Shown here: positions 17,773 to 28,621 of the stretch, in pieces
Layout of the letters: the number at the start of each line of letters is the position of its first letter
How positions within the stretch are numbered: position 1 is the first letter of the stretch
NCBI GenBank assembly: GCA_032123035.1
Contig: JAQBFV010000002.1
Coordinates: forward strand, 1 to 51,728
Direction: 5' to 3'
Origin: Betaproteobacteria bacterium
GTDB lineage: Bacteria; Pseudomonadota; Gammaproteobacteria; Burkholderiales; SG8-41
Length of the DNA: 51,728 nucleotides
The notes under the pieces: generated by a model
The model's input: the letters and a program-made list of their open reading frames with translations, nothing else
Database searches by the model: none
Told to the model about the DNA's origin: nothing
Made by a program: the position numbers and the translations under genes

Positions 17773-18672
17773 ATGGTCCCCGCGATTGAGTTCGAGCGTG
17801 TCTCGAAGCGCTATGACACCCTGAGGGCGCTGACGGATGTCACGTTCCAGATCGCGCCGGGCGAGTTCTTCGGTCTGCTCGGTCCCAACGGTGCCGGCAA
17901 GACCACGCTGATCAACATCCTTGCGGGCCTTGCGCGCGTTTCGGCGGGCAGCGCGCGCGTCATGGGTTTTGACGTTCTGACCGATTACCGCGAGGCGCGG
18001 CGCTCGCTCGGGGTCGTACCGCAGGAGCTCGTGTTCGATCCTTTCTTTACGGTGCGCGAGGCACTCAGCTTCCAGTCCGGCTACTTCGGCATTCGCGACA
18101 ACCGCGACTGGATCGAGGAGGTGATGTATCACCTCGATCTCGCCGGCAAAGCGGAGACCAACATGCGCGTGCTCTCCGGCGGCATGAAGCGGCGCGTGCT
18201 GGTGGCGCAGGCGCTCGTGCACAAGCCGCCGGTCATCGTGCTCGACGAGCCGACCGCCGGCGTGGACGTGGAACTGCGCCAGGCGCTGTGGCGGTTCGTC
18301 AAGCGCCTCAATCGCGATGGCCATACCATTGTCCTGACGACGCATTACCTCGAGGAGGCCGAGGCGTTGTGCGAACGCATTGCGATGCTCAAGCAGGGAC
18401 GCGTGGTTGCGCTCGATACCACGCAGAATCTTCTGCGGATGCACTCTGGGTGTTATGTTGCCTTGCGACTGCTCCCCGATCAGCTGCCTACGGCGTTGGA
18501 GCCGTTCGTCATGGAGCGTAACGAGCGCGGCTATCGGCTGGCGCTCCCGGCTTACACGGACGTCGAACGCGTCATGGCCGAGCTGCGCAACGCGCGCGTC
18601 GAGATCCAGGAAATGGAAGTGATGCAACCGGATCTCGAGGAAATCTTCGTGCAGATCATGAGCCGCCACTAA
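17773..18672 (+). CDS. ABC-2-type transporter ATP-binding protein (YadG-like)
   Basis: 299 aa. Walker A GPNGAGKTT, signature LSGGMKRRVLVAQA, Walker B VIVLDEPTAGVD. Confidence 0.85.
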   Translation: MVPAIEFERVSKRYDTLRALTDVTFQIAPGEFFGLLGPNGAGKTTLINILAGLARVSAGSARVMGFDVLTDYREARRSLGVVPQELVFDPFFTVREALSFQSGYFGIRDNRDWIEEVMYHLDLAGKAETNMRVLSGGMKRRVLVAQALVHKPPVIVLDEPTAGVDVELRQALWRFVKRLNRDGHTIVLTTHYLEEAEALCERIAMLKQGRVVALDTTQNLLRMHSGCYVALRLLPDQLPTALEPFVMERNERGYRLALPAYTDVERVMAELRNARVEIQEMEVMQPDLEEIFVQIMSRH

Positions 18673-18683
18673 AGGTCCTGCGG

Positions 18684-19466
18684 ATGAGTGCGCCGATCGA
18701 ATACCGCTCTTTCCATGGGTTCTACACGCTCTTTCGCAAGGAGTGGCTGCGGTTCTGGAAAGTGAGCATCCAGACCGTGCTCGCCCCCGTGCTCACGGTG
18801 CTGCTGTTTCTGGTCGTTTTTGCCTATTCGTTGCGGGGGCGCGTCGAGATCTTTCCCGGGCTGGGGTACAGCACTTTTCTCGTGCCGGGACTGACGATGA
18901 TGGCGGTGCTACAGAACGCTTTTGCCAACAGCTCGTCGAGCCTGATGCAATCGAAGATGACCGGTAACATTATTTTCGTGCTGCTGCCGCCGTTCTCGTA
19001 CAGTGAGTTCTTTTTTGCTTACCTTCTGGCGGCAATGGCGCGGGGCCTGGTGGTGGGCCTAGGCGTGCTGCTGGCGACGGTGTGGTTCGTCGACATCAGG
19101 CTCGAGTACCCGGTCTGGACGATCGCATTTGCGCTTGCCGGCAGCGGCGTCATGGGCGCGCTCGGCATCATCGCGGGGCTGTATTCGGACAAGGTGGATG
19201 AGCTCGCATTGTTCAGCAACTTCATCATCCTGCCGCTAACGTTTCTCTCGGGCGTGTTCTACTCGATCCGTTCGCTGCCCGCGTTCTGGCAAAAGCTCTC
19301 GTTCTTCAATCCGATTCTGTACATGGTGGACGGTTTTCGCTACGGCTTCTTCGGCCGCAGCGATGTCTCGCCCTGGTTGAGCCTCGCGATTGTCGTTGCC
19401 AGTTTTTTCGCCTTATCATTCCTCACACTATGGCTCCTCAGAACCGGATACAAGCTCAGGCATTGA
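18684..19466 (+). CDS. ABC-2-type transporter permease (YadH-like)
   Basis: 260 aa with six predicted hydrophobic segments. It immediately follows the ATPase gene. Confidence 0.85.
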   Translation: MSAPIEYRSFHGFYTLFRKEWLRFWKVSIQTVLAPVLTVLLFLVVFAYSLRGRVEIFPGLGYSTFLVPGLTMMAVLQNAFANSSSSLMQSKMTGNIIFVLLPPFSYSEFFFAYLLAAMARGLVVGLGVLLATVWFVDIRLEYPVWTIAFALAGSGVMGALGIIAGLYSDKVDELALFSNFIILPLTFLSGVFYSIRSLPAFWQKLSFFNPILYMVDGFRYGFFGRSDVSPWLSLAIVVASFFALSFLTLWLLRTGYKLRH

Positions 19467-19550
19467 CCCGACGCCGGAACGATTGACTGGTGGCTCGCAC
19501 AATCCCCATACGCTCTTGCGCCCCGGCGCATAATTTCACAGGATGAAACC

Positions 19551-21042
<1,492 letters not shown>

Positions 21043-21046
21043 CAAT

Positions 21047-21136
21047 TGAACCTCTCGGCGCCAAGACGCCAAGAAGAGGAGCAATCGAAAGCAGCGGGCA
21101 CTCACAGTCCCTTGGCGCTCCGGGCAGCCTTGGCGG
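21047..21136. repeat. hairpin element of the CGCCAAGA (8-bp period) type
   Basis: Left arm ggcgccaagacgccaagaag, right arm cccttggcgctccgggcagccttggcgg. 21058-21065 gcgccaag pairs perfectly with 21111-21118 cttggcgc. Related to the element at 44363-44620. Confidence 0.7.
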
Positions 21137-21164
21137 TAAAATGCTGTTTTTTCGAGGTTTGCCG

Positions 21165-21389
21165 GTGATCACCCTCGCCCTGTCCAAGGGCCGCATTTAC
21201 GACCAGACGGTGCCGCTGCTCAAGGCGGCGGGCGTCATGGCGCGCGGCGACCCGGAGACCTCCCGTAAATTAATTCTGGCGACGGCGCGACCCGATGTGC
21301 GGCTCATCATCGTCAACCAGGCGGCGCTGAAGGTAAAACGCGCCGCGATCCAGCCCCTGCTCGACGCCTTTGCGCGTGCCGTCTCATGA
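21165..21389 (+). pseudogene. hisG: ATP phosphoribosyltransferase hisG with large in-frame internal deletion (74 codons left)
   Basis: [24 protein letters not shown]...[18 protein letters not shown] joins directly to [24 protein letters not shown]. These are the N-terminal third and the extreme C-terminus of short-form HisG (normally more than 200 aa). Confidence 0.6.
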
Positions 21390-22696
21390 CCACGATCCGA
21401 CGCCTGGCGAGCGACCAGCCCGATTTCGATGCCCGGTTACAGGAGCTGCTTGCGTTCGAGTCGACGCAGGATGCGGCCGTCGAGAGCGCAGTGGCGGGAA
21501 TTCTTGCCGATGTTAAAACGCGGGGTGATGCGGCGCTTCTCGATTACACGCGGCGCTTCGACCGAGTCGAGGCGGCATCAGTGGCCGCGCTGGAAGTTCC
21601 GGCCGCGGAGGCGCGCGCGGCGCTCGGTCGAATTCCCGCGAAAACGCGCAAGGCCCTCGAAGCGGCCGCGGCGCGGGTGCGCACCTTTCACGAAAAGCAG
21701 CTCACCCACTCGTGGAGCTACCGGGAAGCGAACGGTACGGAGCTTGGCCAGCGCGTCACGGCGCTCGATCTCGTTGGCATCTACGTGCCCGGCGGCAAGG
21801 CGGCCTACCCCTCGTCCGTGATCATGAACGCGTTGCCGGCCAGGGTGGCGGGCGTGCGCGAAATCATCATGGTGGTGCCGACGCCTGGCGGCGAACGAAA
21901 CGACCTCGTGCTCGCCGCCGCGTCCATCTGCGGGGTCGAGCGGGTGTTCACCATCGGCGGCGCGCAGGCGGTGGCTGCGCTTGCGTACGGCACCGCAACG
22001 GTGCCCGCCGTGGACAAGATCGTTGGGCCGGGCAACGCTTACGTCGCCGCCGCGAAGCGGCGCGTTTTCGGGGTCGTCGGCATCGACATGATCGCCGGCC
22101 CCTCGGAAGTTGTGGTGGTGTGTGACGGAAGCGTTGCGCCCGACTGGGTTGCGATGGACCTCTTCGCCCAGGCGGAGCACGACGAGTTGGCGCAGGCGAT
22201 CCTCATCACGCCCGATTTGCGCTTCCTTGAGGCGGTGGCTGCCAGCATCGAGCGGCAGCTCGCAGACATGCCGCGGCGCGACGTGATCGCTGCGGCCCTG
22301 CACAAGCGCGGCGCGCTGATCGGGGTGCGTGACCTCGATGAGGCCTGCGAAGTGGTCAACCGGATTGCGCCGGAGCACCTCGAGCTGGCGGTCAAAGATC
22401 CGGATGCCTTGCTGCCGGCGATCCGGCATGCGGGCGCGATTTTCCTCGGACCCTACAGTTCCGAGGCGCTCGGGGATTACTGCGCGGGGCCGAACCATGT
22501 TCTGCCCACGTCACGTACCGCGCGTTTTTCCTCGCCGCTCGGGGTCTACGACTTCCAGAAGCGGTCGAGCGTCATTCGCATATCGAAGGAGGCCGCGCGC
22601 GAGCTCGGCGCCATTGCCGCGGAGCTTGCCCGTGGCGAAGGCCTGACCGCGCACGCCCGGTCGGCCGAATACCGCATGAAGATCGAAAAAGCATAG
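21386..22696 (+). CDS. hisD: histidinol dehydrogenase
   Basis: 436 aa. ATGA overlap with the hisG remnant. Typical HisD blocks [17 protein letters not shown] and [10 protein letters not shown]. Confidence 0.95.
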   Translation: MTTIRRLASDQPDFDARLQELLAFESTQDAAVESAVAGILADVKTRGDAALLDYTRRFDRVEAASVAALEVPAAEARAALGRIPAKTRKALEAAAARVRTFHEKQLTHSWSYREANGTELGQRVTALDLVGIYVPGGKAAYPSSVIMNALPARVAGVREIIMVVPTPGGERNDLVLAAASICGVERVFTIGGAQAVAALAYGTATVPAVDKIVGPGNAYVAAAKRRVFGVVGIDMIAGPSEVVVVCDGSVAPDWVAMDLFAQAEHDELAQAILITPDLRFLEAVAASIERQLADMPRRDVIAAALHKRGALIGVRDLDEACEVVNRIAPEHLELAVKDPDALLPAIRHAGAIFLGPYSSEALGDYCAGPNHVLPTSRTARFSSPLGVYDFQKRSSVIRISKEAARELGAIAAELARGEGLTAHARSAEYRMKIEKA

Positions 22697-22789
22697 ACAC
22701 GAAGGACGCGAAGGACACAAGGGACAGCCGGACCGAATCGCTTTCTGTTCGGGTACGCCTTCGTGTCCTTGGTGTCCTTTGTGTCTTCG
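22696..22789. repeat. hairpin element with 9-bp period (GACNCGAAG)n / (GTCCTTNGT)n
   Basis: GAC recurs at 22696, 22705, 22714 and 22723. 22696-22705 gacacgaagg is the reverse complement of 22758-22767 ccttcgtgtc. It fills the hisD-hisC gap. Confidence 0.8.
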
Positions 22790-22798
22790 CTCTGACTT

Positions 22799-23872
22799 AT
22801 GGCGAAAACACCCGAAGAGATTATTCGAGACGATATCCGCGCGTTGACCGCTTACCACGTTCCCGACAGTTCGGGCATGGTCAAGCTCGATGCGATGGAG
22901 AATCCGTACGGGCTGCCACCGGCGCTGCGCGCCCGGATTGCGCGGTTGGTCGAGGACGCTTCGCTCAACCGCTATCCTGACCCCGGCGCGGGCCGGCTCA
23001 AGGCCCAGCTGCGCGAGTCTTTTGCGGCGCCGGAGGCGGCCGAGTTACTGCTGGGAAACGGCTCGGATGAAATCCTCCAGATGCTCGTGCTGGCGGCAGC
23101 GCGCCCCGGAGCCGTGGTGCTCGGCGTTGAGCCCTCGTTCACGATGTTTCGCATGATTGCGGCGTTTGCGGGCGTGCGCTACGTCGGCGTGGAGCTGCGT
23201 GACGACTTCGCGCTCGATGTCGGGCGCATACTGGCGGGTATCGAGCAGCACAGGCCGGGGCTGATCTTCCTCGCCTACCCCAATAATCCCACGGGCAACC
23301 TTTTCGATGCGGCGGGGATCGAGCGCATCATCGCGGCAGCGCCGGGCATGGTGTTGATCGACGAAGCGTACCATGCGTTCGCCGGCCGCAGCTTCATGGC
23401 ACGCGTTCCGCAGCAGGCCAACTTGTTGGTCATGCGCACGCTCTCGAAACTGGGGCTGGCCGGGATCCGGCTCGGCGTTCTGGCCGGCCGCGGCGAGTGG
23501 ATTGCGCAGCTCGACAAGTTGCGCTTGCCGTATAATGTCAACACGCTTACGCAATTGGTTGCGTGCGAAGTACTGCAGCACGAGGCGGTGTTGACAGAAC
23601 AGGCTGCTGCCATCAAGCTTGAACGAGGGCGCCTGTTGCGCGGGTTGCAGGAGGTTCCGGGGTTGGCGGCCTATCCGAGCGACGCCAACTTCCTACTGTT
23701 CAGAATCAGCAACGCGGAGCGTGTTTTCGACGGATTGAAACAACGCGGAGTACTGATCAAGAGTCTCCACGGCTCTCACCGCCTGCTGGCGAATTGCCTG
23801 CGGGTGACGGTCGGTACCCCCCAAGAGAACGACGCTTTTCTCGCCGCATTGACCCGAACCCTCAACGCTTGA
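22799..23872 (+). CDS. hisC: histidinol-phosphate aminotransferase
   Basis: 357 aa. NENPYG-like MENPYGLPP, PNNPTGN, and the PLP-lysine context RTLSKLGLAGIRLG. Confidence 0.9.
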   Translation: MAKTPEEIIRDDIRALTAYHVPDSSGMVKLDAMENPYGLPPALRARIARLVEDASLNRYPDPGAGRLKAQLRESFAAPEAAELLLGNGSDEILQMLVLAAARPGAVVLGVEPSFTMFRMIAAFAGVRYVGVELRDDFALDVGRILAGIEQHRPGLIFLAYPNNPTGNLFDAAGIERIIAAAPGMVLIDEAYHAFAGRSFMARVPQQANLLVMRTLSKLGLAGIRLGVLAGRGEWIAQLDKLRLPYNVNTLTQLVACEVLQHEAVLTEQAAAIKLERGRLLRGLQEVPGLAAYPSDANFLLFRISNAERVFDGLKQRGVLIKSLHGSHRLLANCLRVTVGTPQENDAFLAALTRTLNA

Positions 23873-23923
23873 TCTCCAAGGCTCAATTTGCGCGCGTCGC
23901 GCCTCACCGCCGTGAGTTCCACC

Positions 23924-24508
23924 ATGCGTAAAGCCGAAGTCAGCCGCAACACTAAGGAAACCCGGATCACGGTGAAGCTCGACCTCGACGGGGCGGGAAA
24001 GGCAACGATCAGCACGGGCGTCCCTTTCCTCGATCACATGCTCGAGCAGGTAGCGCGCCACGGCGTGTTCGATCTGGAGGTGTCGGCCAAGGGCGACCTT
24101 CATATCGATGCCCACCACACGGTAGAGGACATTGGCATCACGATGGGCCAGGCCTTCGCCAAGGCCGTCGGCGACAAATCGGGCGTGCGCCGTTACGGCC
24201 ACGCGTACGTTCCACTCGACGAGGCGCTGTCGCGCGCGGTAGTGGATGTTTCCGGGCGGCCGGGGCTTGAATACCGCATCGGATTTACGCGCGCGCGCAT
24301 CGGCGAATTCGACGTCGACCTCATCCATGAGTTTTTTCAGGGCTTCGTCAATCACGCCCTGGTCACGCTTCACCTTGAAAATCTCAGTGGCGCCAACGCA
24401 CATCACCAGGCGGAGACCGCGTTCAAGGCATTTGCGCGCGCGCTGCGCACGGCGGTCGAGCCCGACCCGCGCGTTAAGGGCGTGCCGTCCACCAAGGGCT
24501 CCCTATAG
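23924..24508 (+). CDS. hisB: imidazoleglycerol-phosphate dehydratase
   Basis: Internal ATG gives [23 protein letters not shown], plus [11 protein letters not shown] and [15 protein letters not shown]. Confidence 0.95.
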   Translation: MRKAEVSRNTKETRITVKLDLDGAGKATISTGVPFLDHMLEQVARHGVFDLEVSAKGDLHIDAHHTVEDIGITMGQAFAKAVGDKSGVRRYGHAYVPLDEALSRAVVDVSGRPGLEYRIGFTRARIGEFDVDLIHEFFQGFVNHALVTLHLENLSGANAHHQAETAFKAFARALRTAVEPDPRVKGVPSTKGSL

Positions 24509-24519
24509 GGCGGTCGCCC

Positions 24520-24624
24520 GTTCCGAGTTCAAGGTTCAAGGTTCAAAGTTCAAAGTTCAAGGGTCAAATCCGAGGCTTTAGCGCAAGACATGAAACCTTG
24601 AACGTGGAACTTTGAACTTGGAAC
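24520..24624. repeat. heptad-repeat hairpin element (GTTCAAR)n / (YTTGAAC)n
   Basis: The outer 18 positions (24520-24537 with 24607-24624) pair as 16 Watson-Crick plus 2 G:T pairs. The first 20 nt, gttccgagttcaaggttcaa, are identical to 40966-40985. Confidence 0.85.
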
Positions 24625-24634
24625 TGACGAAGTC

Positions 24635-25319
24635 ATGACCGACGTCGCAGTGGTTGATTACGGAATGGGGAATCTCCGCTCCGTGGCAAAGGCCGTGGAG
24701 CGCGTCGCCCCTCGGCTGACGGTCGCCGTCACCAACGATCCGGAAACGGTTAGGCGCGCCGCGCGGGTGGTCTTTCCGGGACAGGGGCGCGATGCCCGAC
24801 TGCATGCGCGAGCTCGAGGCGCGCGGGCTCCGTGAGGCCGTCGTCGAGGCCGCGCACGCCAAGCCGTTTCTCGGAATCTGCATCGGGCTGCAGATGCTGT
24901 TCGAGCACAGCGATGAGGGCGATGTCGCCGGCCTTGGCCTGCTGCCGGGGAAAGTGCGGCGCTTTTCCGCCGAGAAAGTGACCGATGCCGAGGGCGTACG
25001 GCTGAAGGTGCCGCACATGGGCTGGAACCAGGTGAGCCAGACGCTGCCTCATGCGCTGTGGAAGGGCATTCCGCAAAACGCCCGTTTCTACTTCGTGCAC
25101 AGCTATTTCCCGGAGCCCGCGAATCGCGGCATTGTCGCCGCGGAGGCGGCCTACGGCGTGTCGTTCGCTTGCGCGTGCGCTCGAGACAATGTCTTTGCCG
25201 TGCAGTTTCATCCAGAGAAGAGCCAGGCCGCCGGTTTGCAGCTGCTGGCCAATTTCGTGGGTTGGCAGCCCAGTTTACGCCGCGCGGCGCAACCGGGTTC
25301 CGCTTCACCTGCAACTTAA
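24635..25319 (+). pseudogene. hisH: imidazole glycerol phosphate synthase glutaminase subunit hisH, interrupted by a 1-nt frameshift
   Basis: ORF 24635..24835 ([17 protein letters not shown]...VVFPGQG) and ORF 24792..25319 (MPDCMREL...GICIGLQ...HSY...FHPEKS) together make one HisH. The frames switch in the GGGG run at 24784-24787. Confidence 0.8.
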
Positions 25320-25329
25320 CTGTGCAACC

Positions 25330-26145
25330 ATGCTGATCATTCCCGCAATCGACCTCAAAGACGGAAAGTGCGTGCGCCTCAAGCAGGGCGTGATGTCCAC
25401 CGCTACAGTGTTCTCGGATGACCCGGGGGCCATGGCCAAGCAATGGCTGGCGCAGGGGGCGCGGCGACTGCACGTCGTCGATCTCAACGGCGCGGCGGCG
25501 GGCCGGCCCAAGAACGAGAACGCGATCAAGGCCATCGTAGCGGCGGTGGGCGACCAGCTCCCAGTGCAGCTCGGCGGCGGGGTTCGCGATCTCGACACCA
25601 TCGAGAAGCTCCTCGACTCGGGCATAAGCTACGTCATTGTTGGCACCGCGGCGGTAAAAACGCCCGGCTTCCTGCACGATGCCTGCACGGCGTTTTCCGG
25701 GCACGTGATGGTGGCGCTTGATGCGAAGGACGGCAAGGTCGCGGTCGACGGCTGGTCGAAGATGACGGGCCACGAGGTAGCGGACCTTGCGAAAAAATTC
25801 CAGGACTACGGCGTCGAGGCAATTATCTACACCGACATCGGGCGCGACGGCATGATGAAGGGCGTGAATGTCGAGGCGACCGTCGCGCTTGCGCGCCAGC
25901 TGACAGTTCCCGTTATCGCAAGCGGAGGCATTACCGGCCTGGACGACATCAAGGCGCTGTGCGCGGTCGAGCGCGAGGGCATTACCGGCGCAATAACCGG
26001 GCGCGCGGTGTACGAGGGAAAGCTCAACTACGCGGAAGCCCAGAAGCTCGCCGACCAACTCAGCGCCAATGGCGCCGAAGACGGAAAGCAGAAGGCGGAA
26101 GGCAAAAAACGAAAGGGTGAAGGAAAACGAAAGGATGAGGGATAG
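25330..26145 (+). CDS. hisA: ProFAR isomerase HisA, with Lys/Glu/Gly-rich C-terminal tail encoded by a repeat element
   Basis: [20 protein letters not shown] is the canonical start. After ...[17 protein letters not shown] the ORF runs about 25 codons further ([24 protein letters not shown]) into the purine-rich repeat arm. Confidence 0.9.
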   Translation: MLIIPAIDLKDGKCVRLKQGVMSTATVFSDDPGAMAKQWLAQGARRLHVVDLNGAAAGRPKNENAIKAIVAAVGDQLPVQLGGGVRDLDTIEKLLDSGISYVIVGTAAVKTPGFLHDACTAFSGHVMVALDAKDGKVAVDGWSKMTGHEVADLAKKFQDYGVEAIIYTDIGRDGMMKGVNVEATVALARQLTVPVIASGGITGLDDIKALCAVEREGITGAITGRAVYEGKLNYAEAQKLADQLSANGAEDGKQKAEGKKRKGEGKRKDEG

Positions 26146-26196
26146 GGCGCAGCGAGGGCTGTTACTTCTGCCTTCTTTCTTCTGCCTTCTTCCTTA
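26077..26196. repeat. purine-rich / pyrimidine-rich hairpin element (GAAGGNN)n vs (CCTTCTN)n
   Basis: 26090-26100 agaaggcggaa pairs with 26166-26176 ttctgccttct (10 Watson-Crick pairs plus 1 G:T). ttctgccttct recurs at 26180-26190. The element spans the hisA 3' end to 5 nt before the hisF ATG. Confidence 0.7.
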
Positions 26197-26200
26197 GGTC

Positions 26201-26971
26201 ATGGGCTTGGCGAAGCGCATCATTCCGTGCCTCGACGTCACGGCCGGACGAGTGGTGAAGGGCGTCAACTTCGTCGGGCTGCGCGACGCCGGCGACCCCG
26301 TGGAGATCGCGCGCCGCTACGACGAGCAGGGCGCGGATGAGCTGACCTTTCTGGACATCACTGCTTCGAGCGACGGCCGGGACGTCATCGTTGGCGTGGT
26401 GGAGGCAGTCGCTGCGCAAGTGTTCATTCCAATGACAGTGGGCGGCGGCGTTCGTGCCGTGCACGACGTGCGCCGCCTGCTCAATGCCGGTGCCGACAAG
26501 GTCAGCATCAACACGGCTGCGGTGGAGAATCCGAAACTGGTCGCTGAGGCAACCGGCCGCTACGGGGCCCAATGCATCGTCGTGGCGATCGACGCGAAAC
26601 GGGTGCCGGGTGCGGGCGCGCCGCGTTGGGAGGTCTACACCCACGGCGGGCGCAAGCCGACTGGACTGGATGCGCTCGACTGGGGCCGGAGAATGGAGCA
26701 GGCTGGCGCCGGTGAAATTCTACTGACCAGCATGGACCGCGATGGAACCCGCAGCGGCTTCGACCTCGAGCTGACTCGCGCGTTCTCCGAGGCGCTATCC
26801 ATTCCCATCATCGCGAGCGGCGGCGTAGGCAATCTCGATCATCTGGTCGACGGGGTGCTCAAAGGTCGTGCTGACGCAGTGCTGGCCGCGAGCATTTTTC
26901 ACTACGGCGAGTACACGGTGCGCGAGGCGAAGGAGCACATGGCGCGCCATGGCATCGAGGTGCGCCTATAG
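26201..26971 (+). CDS. hisF: imidazole glycerol phosphate synthase cyclase subunit
   Basis: 256 aa. [24 protein letters not shown] and [12 protein letters not shown] are typical HisF blocks. Confidence 0.95.
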   Translation: MGLAKRIIPCLDVTAGRVVKGVNFVGLRDAGDPVEIARRYDEQGADELTFLDITASSDGRDVIVGVVEAVAAQVFIPMTVGGGVRAVHDVRRLLNAGADKVSINTAAVENPKLVAEATGRYGAQCIVVAIDAKRVPGAGAPRWEVYTHGGRKPTGLDALDWGRRMEQAGAGEILLTSMDRDGTRSGFDLELTRAFSEALSIPIIASGGVGNLDHLVDGVLKGRADAVLAASIFHYGEYTVREAKEHMARHGIEVRL

Positions 26972-26975
26972 CCGC

Positions 26976-27090
26976 AACTCTGTGTTCCGTGTTCCGGGTT
27001 CAATGTTCCAGGTTCAAAGTTCTGCGTAATGCGACTAAACTCTGAACTCTGAACTCAGAACTCAGAACTCTGAACGCTGAACTTGGAAAC
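26976..27090. repeat. heptad-repeat hairpin element (GTGTTCC/GGTTCAA)n vs (CTGAACT/CAGAACT)n
   Basis: The left arm (26981-27022) and right arm (27038-27090) both have a 7-bp period, and the arms are imperfectly complementary. The right arm overlaps the possible hisI start codons. Confidence 0.75.
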
Positions 27091-27481
27091 CGTGAAAAAC
27101 GCGTGGCTCGAAAAGATCAAGTGGTCGCCTGAAGGACTGGTGCCGGCAGTGGCCCAGGACGCGGGCAGCGGCAGAGTGCTCATGGTGGCCTGGATGAACC
27201 GCGAAGCGTTGCAGGAAACGGCGCGAACCGGAGAGGTGCACTACTGGTCGCGCTCGCGCGCGAAACTGTGGCACAAAGGGGAGGAATCGGGTCACGTTCA
27301 GCAGGTCCGGGAGATCAGGCTCGATTGCGACGCGGACGTGATTGTGCTGGCGGTAGAGCAGGCGGGTGGCATCGCCTGTCATACTGGAAGGCAAAGCTGC
27401 TTCTACCAGAAGCTCGAGGACGGCGAATGGGTGGTGGTCGATCCGGTCCTGAGGGACCCGAAGGATATCTACCGGCGATGA
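27083..27481 (+). CDS. hisI: phosphoribosyl-AMP cyclohydrolase
   Basis: [30 protein letters not shown]...CHTGRQSCF. The start is uncertain: the ORF track uses TTG at 27083, and GTG at 27092 ([11 protein letters not shown]) is equally plausible. Confidence 0.85.
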   Translation: METVKNAWLEKIKWSPEGLVPAVAQDAGSGRVLMVAWMNREALQETARTGEVHYWSRSRAKLWHKGEESGHVQQVREIRLDCDADVIVLAVEQAGGIACHTGRQSCFYQKLEDGEWVVVDPVLRDPKDIYRR

Positions 27482-27798
27482 TCAGGGACGATGTGCTGAT
27501 CCGTCTGGGCGAGGTGATCGCGGCGCGCCGCGAGGGCGAGCCTGCGGCCTCATACGTGGCAAGTCTGTTTGCCAAGGGCGAGGACGCGATGCTCAAGAAG
27601 CTGGCCGAGGAGGCCGCCGAAACGGTGCTGGCCGCCAAGGGCGGTGATAAACTGAAACTCGTGCGCGAAACTGCGGATCTATGGTTTCATAGCCTGGTCG
27701 TGCTGGCGTGGCACGGCCTCAAACCCGAGGACGTGCTCGCCGAGCTGCGGCGCCGGGAGGGGATCTCGGGCGTTGATGAAAAGGCCTCGCGCAAATGA
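27478..27798 (+). CDS. hisE: phosphoribosyl-ATP pyrophosphatase
   Basis: ATGA overlap with his[49 protein letters not shown] is the HisE pattern. Confidence 0.9.
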   Translation: MIRDDVLIRLGEVIAARREGEPAASYVASLFAKGEDAMLKKLAEEAAETVLAAKGGDKLKLVRETADLWFHSLVVLAWHGLKPEDVLAELRRREGISGVDEKASRK

Positions 27799-27860
27799 GC
27801 GGAGCGCGCGTCCGCGGCGATTAAATGCTGCCCGCGATGAAGGGCGGCGAGGAGTGATAC

Positions 27861-28091
27861 ATGGGCTCGCTTAGCATCTGGCACTGGCTGATTGTACTGC
27901 TGGTGGTCGTACTGGTCTTTGGCACCAAGAAGCTGCGCAATCTCGGGACCGATATGGGCAGCGCAGTGAAGGGTTTCAAGGACGGCATGAAGTCCGAGGA
28001 GGAAAAATCCGCGCAGGCGAAGCCGGAAATTCCGCCCAGCACCGGACAGACCATCGAGGGCGAGGCCAAGAAGGAGACGCCGAAGGCGTGA
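27861..28091 (+). CDS. tatA: twin-arginine translocase subunit TatA
   Basis: 76 aa. [40 protein letters not shown]. Confidence 0.9.
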   Translation: MGSLSIWHWLIVLLVVVLVFGTKKLRNLGTDMGSAVKGFKDGMKSEEEKSAQAKPEIPPSTGQTIEGEAKKETPKA

Positions 28092-28096
28092 GCAGC

Positions 28097-28167
28097 GAAC
28101 GGTAAGTGGTGAGCGGTAAACGGCCGCCGCCCCCGCGGACTTACTGGTCACGGTTCACCGATCACGG
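28097..28167. repeat. heptad-repeat hairpin element (ACGGTAA/GTGGTGA)n vs (TCACGGT/TCACCGA)n
   Basis: Left arm gaacggtaagtggtgagcggtaaacgg and right arm ttactggtcacggttcaccgatcacgg flank a GC-rich centre. It lies between tatA and tatB. Confidence 0.7.
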
Positions 28168-28174
28168 CTTCTCC

Positions 28175-28600
28175 ATGTTCGACATTGGGTTCACCGAATT
28201 ACTCCTCATTGCGGTCGTCGCCCTGATCGTGATTGGACCGGAGCGGCTGCCCAAGGTCGCGCGCACCGCCGGTCACCTCTTTGGACGGATGCAGCGCTAC
28301 GTCAACGACGTCAAGGCCGACATCTCGCGGGAGATGAACCTCGACGAGTTGAAGAAGCTTCGCGCCGGCGTGGAGGACACGGCGCGCTCGTTCGAACAGT
28401 CCGTGCAACAAGGGCTGAGCGAGACGGAAACTGAGCTGAATCAGGTCGCCCAATCCACGCAGTCCGAGGCCGACCCGGAAACGGCGCCCGCTCCCGAGTC
28501 GGATCCCGCCGAGCGCGAGCCATCCTCGGTTCCCGCTTCCCCGCAACTCGACCTTGCGCTCGACCCTTCTGCTGAGGCGTCGACGCGCAAGCCAGCGTGA
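28175..28600 (+). CDS. tatB: twin-arginine translocase subunit TatB
   Basis: Internal ATG gives MFDIGFTELLLIAVVALIVIGPERLPKVARTAGHLFGRMQRYV. The upstream part of ORF 28106.. translates the repeat element. Confidence 0.85.
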   Translation: MFDIGFTELLLIAVVALIVIGPERLPKVARTAGHLFGRMQRYVNDVKADISREMNLDELKKLRAGVEDTARSFEQSVQQGLSETETELNQVAQSTQSEADPETAPAPESDPAEREPSSVPASPQLDLALDPSAEASTRKPA

Positions 28601-28621
28601 TTCGATTCACGGACGAGGAAA

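Noticed and set aside
28106-28174. Upstream extension of tatB (MVSGKRPPPPRTYWSRFTDHGFS..).
   Set aside because: It translates the tatA-tatB hairpin element. The canonical TatB N-terminus MFDIGFTELLL begins at 28175.
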